Virus record (IMG/VR): IMGVR_UViG_3300050021_000500
Coordinates: 1 to 64,000 of that record
DNA length: 64,000 nt
DNA from: a virus
Strand: one strand, 5' to 3'
Part shown: one piece after another, positions 1 to 7,380 of the stretch
How positions within the stretch are numbered: position 1 is the first letter of the stretch
How the letters are laid out: the number at the start of each line of letters is the position of its first letter
Translations under genes and position numbers: made by a program
The notes under the pieces: generated by a model
What the model was told of the DNA's origin: nothing
Database searches by the model: none
The model's input: the letters and a program-made list of their open reading frames with translations, nothing else

Positions 1-133
1 TCGTAATCGCGTTGCGGTAGGTCTGATTGGTGGTGCAGGCGCCCGGCTCGCGCTCGCGGAGCGGGATCTGGAGATCCTTGAGGTTCTGGCCCCAAAGGCC
101 GAAGGCGAAGAGGATGAGGATGAGGGCTTTCAT
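1..133 (-). CDS. Partial late protein with N-terminal signal peptide (MKALILILFAFGLWGQ...), runs off left edge
   Basis: ATG at 133 preceded by AAGGAG RBS; open frame to position 1. Confidence 0.7.
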   Translation of the reverse strand, partial: MKALILILFAFGLWGQNLKDLQIPLREREPGACTTNQTYRNAIT

Positions 134-143
134 GTGAAACTCC

Positions 144-1124
144 TTACGAGCGCTGAAGCATGTGCTGCCAACTAAAGTTGTAATCGCTCCATTGACCGGG
201 CTGCAGCCGATGGCCGCTCAAGACCGGCTTATCGGCCAGCGTGTAACTCGTGGTGCCAAGCGGAATCGGTGTGGCGTTCTGGAGGTACAGTGCGTCGGCG
301 GACAGGCCGCAATAGATCAGCCAGCCCACCGAAAGCATTCTTGTGTAGAGCCCTTCCGCCGTACCCACCGCTGGCGGGTCCAAGGTGGGCGGAGTCAGCC
401 CCGTGGTGGTCACCGTAATGAGTTGCGCTGCGGCAGTCGTCACCGCAACCTGCGCGCTCCCGGCCGACTCGGCATTGGCTTTGTTGGTGGGCGAAACGTA
501 CGGCTGTCCGACCCAGGTAATGGCCACCAGGTACTTGCCACCCGGGTCACTCGAGCCACTACCTGCAGCCGAAACGTTGGAAGCCCCAAACGTCCCCGCG
601 TCGAATTCCCGCAGGGCTCCCGGACAGGGCAAGGGAATCAATACCACGGGGATGCCCTGGGAACGCAAGGTGCGCCAGGCGGCGTCCTTTTCTTCGGCGT
701 ACATGATCATCTTGGCTTCGTAGCGATCACCATTCTTGGTCCCGACGAAGCGATGGAAGGCCGAGCGGTAGAGCTTTTCGAGGGCGGAGTATTCGATCCA
801 CCGGCGAACCGCATGCTTGCTTGGATCCGGCTCAATGGCCACCACCTGGTTCAGGCGAAAGCGCGGCCGGCTGATGGCGGCCGAGTAGACGTTCATCACC
901 GCGGCCACGTGGTTGATGTTCATCGACGGCGAGAGCAGGTAGCCCGAGAAGTTCTGAAACGCGGCCTTCAGTTCGTCTCCGCAGGTGGTGACGGCGCGGC
1001 GGATGATACTGTCCGGCCCCTCGATCTGGATGGGCGGGGTTTCGGCCGCCGCCACGCGGGAGCACTCCGAGTCCAGGGACTGCAATGTCGCCGTCGAAAT
1101 CACATCGCTGTCTGTGAGGAGCAT
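144..1124 (-). CDS. Putative virion structural / head-tail joining protein
   Basis: 326-aa ORF downstream of capsid; position only. Confidence 0.6.
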   Translation of the reverse strand: MLLTDSDVISTATLQSLDSECSRVAAAETPPIQIEGPDSIIRRAVTTCGDELKAAFQNFSGYLLSPSMNINHVAAVMNVYSAAISRPRFRLNQVVAIEPDPSKHAVRRWIEYSALEKLYRSAFHRFVGTKNGDRYEAKMIMYAEEKDAAWRTLRSQGIPVVLIPLPCPGALREFDAGTFGASNVSAAGSGSSDPGGKYLVAITWVGQPYVSPTNKANAESAGSAQVAVTTAAAQLITVTTTGLTPPTLDPPAVGTAEGLYTRMLSVGWLIYCGLSADALYLQNATPIPLGTTSYTLADKPVLSGHRLQPGQWSDYNFSWQHMLQRS

Positions 1125-1130
1125 GGTGGA

Positions 1131-1307
1131 TTACTCGGTTTCGGGAAGGGAGGGAGCGGGCTCGGCAGTCGGAGCTTCCGGCGCGTGCGGAGCGAACACC
1201 TGCTCCACGGCATCGAGATGCTTTTGCGCCTGCTTGGCGGTAGGGCCATCGGCGTGACTCGCCACATGGCGCAGCAGAAAGAGAATGGCGGCTTCGATTG
1301 GATTCAT
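1131..1307 (-). CDS. Small hypothetical protein (58 aa, MNPIEAAILFLL...)
   Basis: Manual translation; AAAGGA RBS; fills gap in operon. Confidence 0.6.
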   Translation of the reverse strand: MNPIEAAILFLLRHVASHADGPTAKQAQKHLDAVEQVFAPHAPEAPTAEPAPSLPETE

Positions 1308-1337
1308 GAGAGATTCCTTTGTCTACGAGAAAGAGCA

Positions 1338-1486
1338 CGGGCGCGGCCGGGGAGAAATGCCGGCGCGCGCCCGCGGCAATGGACGCTCCCGAGGACGAGT
1401 CGGAGGCGTCCTCCCGCCAGGAGGGGGGCCCGGCGGGGAACTGGAGAGGTGGTTGTGATTTGGGTGCGCGTGACAATACGCACCCG
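1338..1486. ncRNA. Candidate structured RNA: four tandem GC-rich hairpins in an intergenic gap
   Basis: Stems CGGGCGCG/CGCGCCCG (1338-1373), GGACGC/GCGTCC (1381-1411), CCCGCC/GGCGGG (1413-1437), GGGTGCG/CGCACCC (1462-1485). Confidence 0.4.
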
Positions 1487-1512
1487 CAAGTGTTAAGGCG
1501 TTGGAATGTGCG

Positions 1513-1896
1513 TCAATATTCCAGCCAAGCACGGAGCTTCAAACTGGAATTCGCATCGATTTCGGTCACATTCGCGCGAAGTACGGCGCCCGTGGTGCCG
1601 ATGGCGCTACCCGGGATCTGGTACTTGCGCACGCTCCAGATTTTGTCGGCCGCGGAGCTGACCGCTCCTTCACCGCCGACCACCAGGTCCGCGACCGGCG
1701 TTCCGGTGAACGCGTTGGTGGACTCTTCGATTTGAATTTGGAAGTTTTTCCCGGCGGTATCCGACTGGACCTGGAGGAACAAAGTGAAATCCTTTGTCAC
1801 TCCGGACACGTCGAGTCCCGCGGTCGGGGTGACGGCACCGGTCCCGGTGACCGTCTGTACCCCCGTGGTAACTGCACCGATTGTCATGTTGGCCAA
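1513..1896 (-). CDS. Putative head decoration / structural protein
   Basis: 127 aa, Thr/Gly/Val-rich beta-type composition, near capsid gene. Confidence 0.6.
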   Translation of the reverse strand: MANMTIGAVTTGVQTVTGTGAVTPTAGLDVSGVTKDFTLFLQVQSDTAGKNFQIQIEESTNAFTGTPVADLVVGGEGAVSSAADKIWSVRKYQIPGSAIGTTGAVLRANVTEIDANSSLKLRAWLEY

Positions 1897-1907
1897 TTTA
1901 GGCCTCC

Positions 1908-2318
1908 TTATTTGTCCTGTTTCGCGCGCTCGGGCTTGTTGCCGAGGGCGGCTTGAACCGCGGCGGCCACCACGATCGCCAGGCGCCCGTCGTCTTCGGG
2001 CGAACTGCGGATAATCATGGTATTCTTGCGCGATTCTTCGATCTTGGCGAGGCGTGCCACTTCCGTGGCTCGCTCCCGCGTGTAACGCTCGATCTCCTCG
2101 GGCGTGGATTTCTTGTGCGTCCCGTCGGCCAGGCGGCTGGCGGCATTATGAGCGCTGGCCGGGAACACCTGGCCTCCCACCATGCCGGTCCGGCGGTTTT
2201 CGATGGACGTGACGTAGAACGTTTTCTGGCCGGTGGCCGCGAGTTCGGCCTGGATGGCCATTTGGTCCTGCCAATAGGCACTCGTGCCTTGAGCGGATTG
2301 CGATGTCGTTGCGAACAT
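1908..2318 (-). CDS. Capsid-adjacent hypothetical protein (paralog of 6840..7262)
   Basis: Shares TSIEN.R.GMVGGQ.F.....NAA.R.ADGTH..ST with 6840..7262. Confidence 0.75.
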   Translation of the reverse strand: MFATTSQSAQGTSAYWQDQMAIQAELAATGQKTFYVTSIENRRTGMVGGQVFPASAHNAASRLADGTHKKSTPEEIERYTRERATEVARLAKIEESRKNTMIIRSSPEDDGRLAIVVAAAVQAALGNKPERAKQDK

Positions 2319-2384
2319 GAATGATCCTTTGTCCCGCCAGAAAATGTGGAATGGGAGGGGGTATGCCAGAGCCGCCGGGCGGGG

Positions 2385-3326
2385 TTACAGGCTCTGGACG
2401 TCGACGCCGTAGTTGTTGCGGAGGACGCCGACCCCGTAGAGGCAATCGACCGTGAACTGCTGCGCGAGAGTGCCGGGAGCGTAGGACATGACCACGCGTA
2501 CACCGAAGTTGCCCATCTCGGCGTACTCGGCAATGGCGCCGGTTCCGGGAAGAGGCTGCGGCAGACGACGAATCACGAGAGCCAGCGCGTTCCGGGCGAA
2601 TACCAGGTTGTGATACGTGGTGGTCGTCGTGGTCTGTACGTACTGCGAGCGGTAGATCGAAATACCCTTGAGGGTTCCGCCTACCGTGCCGGCCAGGCTT
2701 CCGCCGGGCAGCGCGCCGGTTTGGATCGGCGACGGCTGACCCGAGGGGCCGAGCATCTGGAACTCGCTGAAGCGCGGCAGTTGGCGGATGGCCGAATAGG
2801 CCGAAGTGCCGACCACAGCGAAACGGGGATCGCCCTGCGGGACGAGGCTGTTAGCCAGGGCCGTTTCGGCGGAATCCAGGCGGGCTTCGTCGAACGTGGA
2901 AGCGCCGCCCAGGGCCGTATTGGCCGTGAACAGCGTGTAGCAGGCCAGCAGATCGTTTTCGATGCGCGTGGCAATGGCGATGATGGCCGGACGCAGGTAG
3001 GTGTCGAGCAGATCGACCGAAGCCAGTACCTTGGTGGCGTCGGGAATATTGAAGGTGGACTCGACGTGCTGGTTGAGCACGATCTGGGCGTTGCCGAGAG
3101 ACGGATTCTGATTGGTGACCGTGCCGGCTTCCATGAGGTTGTTGGCACTCATGCTCGGGGGGATTGCCACGTTGACGGTGTCGCCGCCGGCGACCATGAC
3201 GGGGTCGAAGTCGCGGTTGACCAGATTGCCCATGACGAGATTTCCGACGAGCGGCTCAAGGGCGCGCGCCGCCACGAATTTGGCGATGGCCTGCGCGATA
3301 TTTACGGAGGTGATTTCGTTAGCCAT
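2385..3326 (-). CDS. Major capsid protein (P22 coat protein family, HK97 fold)
   Basis: LVGNLVMGNLVNRDF..GDTVNV..P motif, C-terminal TVDCLYGVGVLR, located after scaffold. Confidence 0.9.
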   Translation of the reverse strand: MANEITSVNIAQAIAKFVAARALEPLVGNLVMGNLVNRDFDPVMVAGGDTVNVAIPPSMSANNLMEAGTVTNQNPSLGNAQIVLNQHVESTFNIPDATKVLASVDLLDTYLRPAIIAIATRIENDLLACYTLFTANTALGGASTFDEARLDSAETALANSLVPQGDPRFAVVGTSAYSAIRQLPRFSEFQMLGPSGQPSPIQTGALPGGSLAGTVGGTLKGISIYRSQYVQTTTTTTYHNLVFARNALALVIRRLPQPLPGTGAIAEYAEMGNFGVRVVMSYAPGTLAQQFTVDCLYGVGVLRNNYGVDVQSL

Positions 3327-3405
3327 AAAGATGGCCTCCTGTGGGTTTGGATTGGTGGTGCGTCTGAATCACCCAGGAGGGGAACTGCCTGGCCAGTGGA
3401 GCGGA

Positions 3406-3430
3406 CCCCGTGATTATCCCCACGGCGGGG
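3406..3430 (-). repeat. Head-gene leader motif copy 3 (upstream of capsid)
   Basis: CCCGTG-N5-CCCCACGGCGGG on + strand; hairpin-forming. Confidence 0.7.
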
Positions 3431-3460
3431 GTTAGGAACAACGATGGGAAAACTGAGACG

Positions 3461-3658
3461 CTACACCAGAAGCGTCGTCAACGTGGTGGTGGGAGTGTGG
3501 CCGCCGGAAACGCGGTCGAGCGCGTCGCCGAGCTGCTTGAATTGCGCGACGGTCATGTTCTCGGGCGCGACTGCCAGCAGGGCGGTCAAGGTCGTGGCCG
3601 TAAGATGCGGGGCGAGATCGACGGTGCAGGTCTTGGGACTGGAAACTGAAGCAGACAT
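3461..3658 (-). CDS. Small head-module protein (65 aa)
   Basis: AAGGAGG RBS; between scaffold and capsid. Confidence 0.65.
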   Translation of the reverse strand: MSASVSSPKTCTVDLAPHLTATTLTALLAVAPENMTVAQFKQLGDALDRVSGGHTPTTTLTTLLV

Positions 3659-3692
3659 AAGGGGAAGGCCTCCTTGATTTGGATTTGTACGG

Positions 3693-3717
3693 CCCCGTGC
3701 TTGCCCCCACGGCGGGG
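3693..3717 (-). repeat. Head-gene leader motif copy 2
   Basis: CCCGTG-CTTGC-CCCCACGGCGGG. Confidence 0.7.
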
Positions 3718-3733
3718 AAACTTGTGGAAAAGG

Positions 3734-4465
3734 CTAGGTTACGTTGCCGTCCTTGATGTCCTGCAGCATGGCCTGGAGCTCAGCCGGCGTCTTCCCTGCC
3801 ATCTTTTGGGGCGTGATGTCGGACAGCTTGAGTGGGCCGCTGCTTTTGCGGGACGCATTGCCCGCGGCAGCGCCGGCGCCGCCGCCGCCTTTAGGTACCA
3901 GCATCTGAGCATAGTCCCTTTCCGCCAGATCTTTCAGATAGGCCTTCATGGGCAGGACACCGTTCTCGCTGTCGGCTACAAAACTGCCGTCGTCTTCGCG
4001 CCTGATGTCACTCTGGGTGGCGCGAAAGAAGAGCGTGCGGAGACCTTCGGTGTGAAACGGGATATCATTCAGGGCACCCCGAATGGCGGTCGCGCGCTCC
4101 GTATCGAGGCGGGACTTCCGTTCCGCGTCCTTATCCTCGTTGGCTTTTTTCTCGCGGGCTTCGACTTGCGACAGTTGGCGTTTCAGCGCCGCGAGTTCCG
4201 CATTGATTTCCGGTGCAATTTTCGGATTGGGCGGCGGATCCACCACCGGGGCGGCGGGGTCTGGCGGGGCGGCGGGGTCGGCGGATGCCGGCGCGGCCGG
4301 CGTGACGGATTTACTCAACGCTGCGAATTTCTTGTCCAGGGCGTTGATGCCTTTGTTGAACTCGCCCAAAATTCGGGCGGTGAAAGCCTCCGGGTCGAAG
4401 GGCGGTGGAGGCGTGGGGTTGGGGTTGGTGGGGTCCACGACGGGATCCCCGAGTTTTACGGCCAT
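3734..4465 (-). CDS. Capsid scaffolding protein
   Basis: Pro-rich N-terminus, coiled-coil core, GGGAG linker, upstream of capsid; start at MAVKLG. Confidence 0.8.
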   Translation of the reverse strand: MAVKLGDPVVDPTNPNPTPPPPFDPEAFTARILGEFNKGINALDKKFAALSKSVTPAAPASADPAAPPDPAAPVVDPPPNPKIAPEINAELAALKRQLSQVEAREKKANEDKDAERKSRLDTERATAIRGALNDIPFHTEGLRTLFFRATQSDIRREDDGSFVADSENGVLPMKAYLKDLAERDYAQMLVPKGGGGAGAAAGNASRKSSGPLKLSDITPQKMAGKTPAELQAMLQDIKDGNVT

Positions 4466-4510
4466 AAATGTTTTGCTTCCTTCCCGCGATTGAAGTGCGC
4501 GGCCACGTAA

Positions 4511-4537
4511 CCCGTGCTTCGATAGCCCCACGGCGGG
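4511..4537 (-). repeat. Head-gene leader motif copy 1 (upstream of scaffold)
   Basis: CCCGTG-CTTCGATAG-CCCCACGGCGGG. Confidence 0.7.
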
Positions 4538-4544
4538 CCTGTTG

Positions 4545-4808
4545 CTAATTCAATTTGAACTGCGGAACTTCGACCAGCTTCCGTCCCTGCGCGATGCGGC
4601 TGGCGTGTTGCGGACACAGATGCCGGTCGATGCCGATGGCCCACCCGGCTTCGATGGCGCCTTTCACAAAGGGCATCACGGCCGCGTTGCGCTCCTCTTC
4701 GGATAGCCCCGCCGGCAACACGGCTGTGGCGAAGCACCCGCAGTGGCGGTCATCGCAGAGCAGCAGTAGGTTCGGTTGCGGAACGAAGTCGGCGACGATA
4801 CGGAACAT
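4545..4808 (-). CDS. Small Zn-binding hypothetical protein
   Basis: CDDRHC...GW...HLCPQH motif; coupled to upstream stop. Confidence 0.65.
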   Translation of the reverse strand: MFRIVADFVPQPNLLLLCDDRHCGCFATAVLPAGLSEEERNAAVMPFVKGAIEAGWAIGIDRHLCPQHASRIAQGRKLVEVPQFKLN

Positions 4809-5290
4809 TAGCAGTCCTCGATCCGGGCCCCGATGTACCCGGATTCTTCCAACTTGGCCAGCAGCCGCAGCTCGCGGGCCAGTTTCACGGACTGCTTTTC
4901 CAGGCACTCGATGGCGTGTTCGTAGAGGTCCGGAGTATAGTCGGCCTGCTCTTCCCATGCCGCGCTGCGGTAATCCGTGAAGGTGGTGAGCGCCTTGTCG
5001 ACCAGCCCCTGCTCGGCCTTCAATATCCCGGCGATGGTTCCGGATCCCATGGCGGGAGCGCTACTTTTGTCTGGCTGGAAGGAGATCGGCACTTCAATGT
5101 AGAGCAGCCGGTCCAGGAAGATCATGGACTGGCACTCGGCCTTCTCGTGCCAGCCGTGGATATGCCGCGCCAGCCATTTGACGCCGAGGGCCTTCACCCA
5201 GCGGGCGTCCATCTGGAATTGGTCGGCCAGGCTGGCCAGGATCTGGGCACTTGCCTGTAGATTGGTAATTGTCTGTTTGGATGCGTCCAT
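4808..5290 (-). CDS. Degenerate bacterioferritin / ferritin-like four-helix protein
   Basis: Colinear with Bfr: DQFQMDAR~NQYFLHAR, LDRLLYIE~IERILFLE, ADY~HDY, ELRLLAKL..GY~ELDLIQKM..NY; most ferroxidase ligands appear missing. Confidence 0.65.
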   Translation of the reverse strand: MDASKQTITNLQASAQILASLADQFQMDARWVKALGVKWLARHIHGWHEKAECQSMIFLDRLLYIEVPISFQPDKSSAPAMGSGTIAGILKAEQGLVDKALTTFTDYRSAAWEEQADYTPDLYEHAIECLEKQSVKLARELRLLAKLEESGYIGARIEDC

Positions 5291-5317
5291 GGTTTTCAGA
5301 ACCTCAATTACTTAAAG

Positions 5318-5415
5318 CGGTGAAAGGCTTCGCGGATGGATGGCTGTGACGGTGCGGGCTCGTGATGCGCCGCCGGCCCAACCGTCGCCGTAGGACGGCG
5401 CTGGGCCGGCTCTGG
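5318..5415 (-). repeat. Paired hairpin element A (L-type; pairs with F)
   Basis: CCAGA GCCGGCCCAGC [GCCGT-CCT-ACGGC] GACG GTTGGGCCGGC GGCG..GAGC..CGAAGCCTTTC on - strand. Confidence 0.9.
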
Positions 5416-5493
5416 GGCCAACTGTCCACATGAAGTCCAAGGCAATTCTGACGCGCTATTGACAAAACACGCGAAAGCATGCGTAATGGAGTT

Positions 5494-5718
5494 ATGAATT
5501 CTGTGCAGGCGACACAACTCAGCGAGCGGCAAGTCGAAGAAGAATACGGCATCAACTCGCGTACTCTACAGGGGTGGCGAACCCGCAAGAAGGGGCCGCC
5601 GTACTTGAAAGTCGGCGGGACTTTGGTACGCTACAACCGCATCGAATTGGAGGCGTGGATAGAGTCGAGCCCGCATTATCTTTCAGTGCCCGGCGAACTG
5701 GCGAGCCGGGATGCCTAA
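5494..5718 (+). CDS. AlpA/excisionase-like winged HTH protein
   Basis: LSERQVEEEYGINSRTLQGWR..KGPPYLKVG..VRY; TTGACA-N17-TAATGG upstream at ~5459. Confidence 0.85.
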   Translation: MNSVQATQLSERQVEEEYGINSRTLQGWRTRKKGPPYLKVGGTLVRYNRIELEAWIESSPHYLSVPGELASRDA

Positions 5719-6238
5719 AATACGCCGGTGGCGTGAACGTAGAACAGTCAAACCACTTCCGGGTCCTATCCTCAAGGGGACCATGCATCTGTTGCTGGAA
5801 GTGTTTGACGTATGTCCGGAAAGCGGCTATGTGCCGCACGTCAATCCGAACATTGCGCGCAGGTATGAAGCCCTTAGCGAGGAAGCCTTGTCAACACTGT
5901 TGTCCCAATTCCCAGACGTCCTGCTGCACAGTGATTGGGAAAGTGACGATGGAGGCCAGGCCGTGGTGATGATGGTAATGGCCCTTCGCCAAATTACCCA
6001 TGGCGTTATCCAGGCAACCGATCATGAATTGGACATTTGGGCCAGGAACCTAACCGTCATGATGCCCCAGGAAGGTCTTCGCCGACTTCACTATGTGGAG
6101 ATTGATGACTTTCCGGGGCCTACGTCTGGGCTCTGGCGCGAAGATTTGAGCTTCCATCAACGCATGGGCTGGGCGGCCCCAACACTGGAATCCACTCTGG
6201 CTGAAGTAAAACGGCGTGGTCTGGACTTCCCTGTTTGA
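5711..6238 (+). CDS. Hypothetical protein
   Basis: 175-aa ORF overlapping the AlpA stop. Confidence 0.55.
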   Translation: MPKIRRWRERRTVKPLPGPILKGTMHLLLEVFDVCPESGYVPHVNPNIARRYEALSEEALSTLLSQFPDVLLHSDWESDDGGQAVVMMVMALRQITHGVIQATDHELDIWARNLTVMMPQEGLRRLHYVEIDDFPGPTSGLWREDLSFHQRMGWAAPTLESTLAEVKRRGLDFPV

Positions 6239-6504
6239 CAATGGATGACGACTTTACGGACGCCCTGCAATGTTTCGATAGAGGCCGTGTCCCGGACACG
6301 GAGAATCACTTCGGGGTCTCCATCGGATGAATGCGAAAGCTGCTGTTGTAAGCCGTTTTGAATTGCGTCGAGTACTGCTTCGTGACACGGCAAGTCGCCA
6401 GTCAGAACGACATGTATGGTTCTCGTTTTGTCGTGACAGTATACGCCCTCAGCGAGTTTGTGCATGCCCTTGAACGACGGCGTCAGTCGTGTGAGTTCTT
6501 TCAT
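6157..6504 (-). CDS. Hypothetical protein
   Basis: GGAG RBS, 115 aa. Confidence 0.45.
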   Translation of the reverse strand: MKELTRLTPSFKGMHKLAEGVYCHDKTRTIHVVLTGDLPCHEAVLDAIQNGLQQQLSHSSDGDPEVILRVRDTASIETLQGVRKVVIHCQTGKSRPRRFTSARVDSSVGAAQPMR

Positions 6505-6525
6505 AATGATTCTCCGGACAGCGCC

Positions 6526-6822
6526 TCAACCCCCGTCGGGCGGACGCTGATATCGACTGCCTTGTCCGAGTGTGACCAGGAAGCGCATCAGGCGGTCAAT
6601 AGAAAACTGGGTCAGGCGGCCGCGTTTCAGCGCGCTCACTTTCGGCTGGTTGATGCCGAGCAGTTTCGCCGCCTCTACCTGGGTAAGTCCCCGCTGTTCA
6701 ATGATCTTGTTGATGTGGCGCACGAGGTCCGACTTTGCCAGCATTTCGCCAGCATTAGCGAAGCCAATGTCAGCAAAGACATTCCCGCTCCCAGCGATAC
6801 TTTTAGCCATTCTCCCTTTCAT
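6526..6822 (-). CDS. XRE/HigA-like HTH antitoxin, no cognate toxin adjacent
   Basis: GSGNVFADIGF..A.E.LAK...RGLTQVEAAKLLGINQPKVSAL..GRL..FSIDRL. Confidence 0.85.
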   Translation of the reverse strand: MKGRMAKSIAGSGNVFADIGFANAGEMLAKSDLVRHINKIIEQRGLTQVEAAKLLGINQPKVSALKRGRLTQFSIDRLMRFLVTLGQGSRYQRPPDGG

Positions 6823-6839
6823 CCACTACGCCAAATGCT

Positions 6840-7262
6840 TCATGCTGCGGCGGAGCGCCCCACCCAGACGGCGGCCCTTCGCCGTGAAGTCGATGCCAGC
6901 CATTCGGCGTGCTCTAGCTCATCGGCCCGGAATTCAAGCACCTCAACCTCCGTCGATAATCGGTGCGTTCCGTCAGCGATTCGCATAGCGGCATTCCAGA
7001 AAACGCATTTGAAGGACTGACCCCCCACCATTCCCATGCGCTTGTTTTCGATGGAGGTGATGGTGCATTCCGTGAAACCCGGGAAGTCCGCACGGAGTTC
7101 CGATTCTAAGCGTTTCACTTCCGCCCAATACGGGGGGCATCCGGTGCCCTCCGGTATCACCCAATAAGGGTAGCATTCGGTTCCCTTCGGTTTCAGCTTC
7201 CCAATGAGAGGCAGCGCTCCCAGGAGAGGCAACAGGGCAAAAAGTTGGCGGCGATTCATCAT
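6840..7262 (-). CDS. Hypothetical protein with Tat-like N-terminus; C-terminal half paralogous to 1908..2318
   Basis: MNRRQLFALLPLLG; shared ~45-aa block. Confidence 0.65.
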   Translation of the reverse strand: MMNRRQLFALLPLLGALPLIGKLKPKGTECYPYWVIPEGTGCPPYWAEVKRLESELRADFPGFTECTITSIENKRMGMVGGQSFKCVFWNAAMRIADGTHRLSTEVEVLEFRADELEHAEWLASTSRRRAAVWVGRSAAA

Positions 7263-7280
7263 GGTTCAATCTTAGCTCCC

Positions 7281-7380
7281 CCAGAGCCGCTTCAGCGGGC
7301 CGTCTTCGGCCCGACGGTTAAAGCGGCGGCGCCGAGCAAGCGCCCCGCGCGCTGAGGCCAAGGCCCGATAGCTTTAAGCG
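7281..7380 (+). repeat. Paired hairpin element F (R-type; pairs with A)
   Basis: CCAGA GCCGCTTCAGC [GGGCCG-TCTT-CGGCCC] GACG GTTAAAGCGGC GGCG..AAGC..CCCGATAGCTTT. Confidence 0.9.

Noticed and set aside
2366-2397. CCAGAGCC...GGCTCTGG inverted repeat at the capsid stop, resembling element heads
   Set aside because: No GACG bulge, inner hairpin or tail, and the heads converge; probably an ordinary mRNA-stabilising hairpin.
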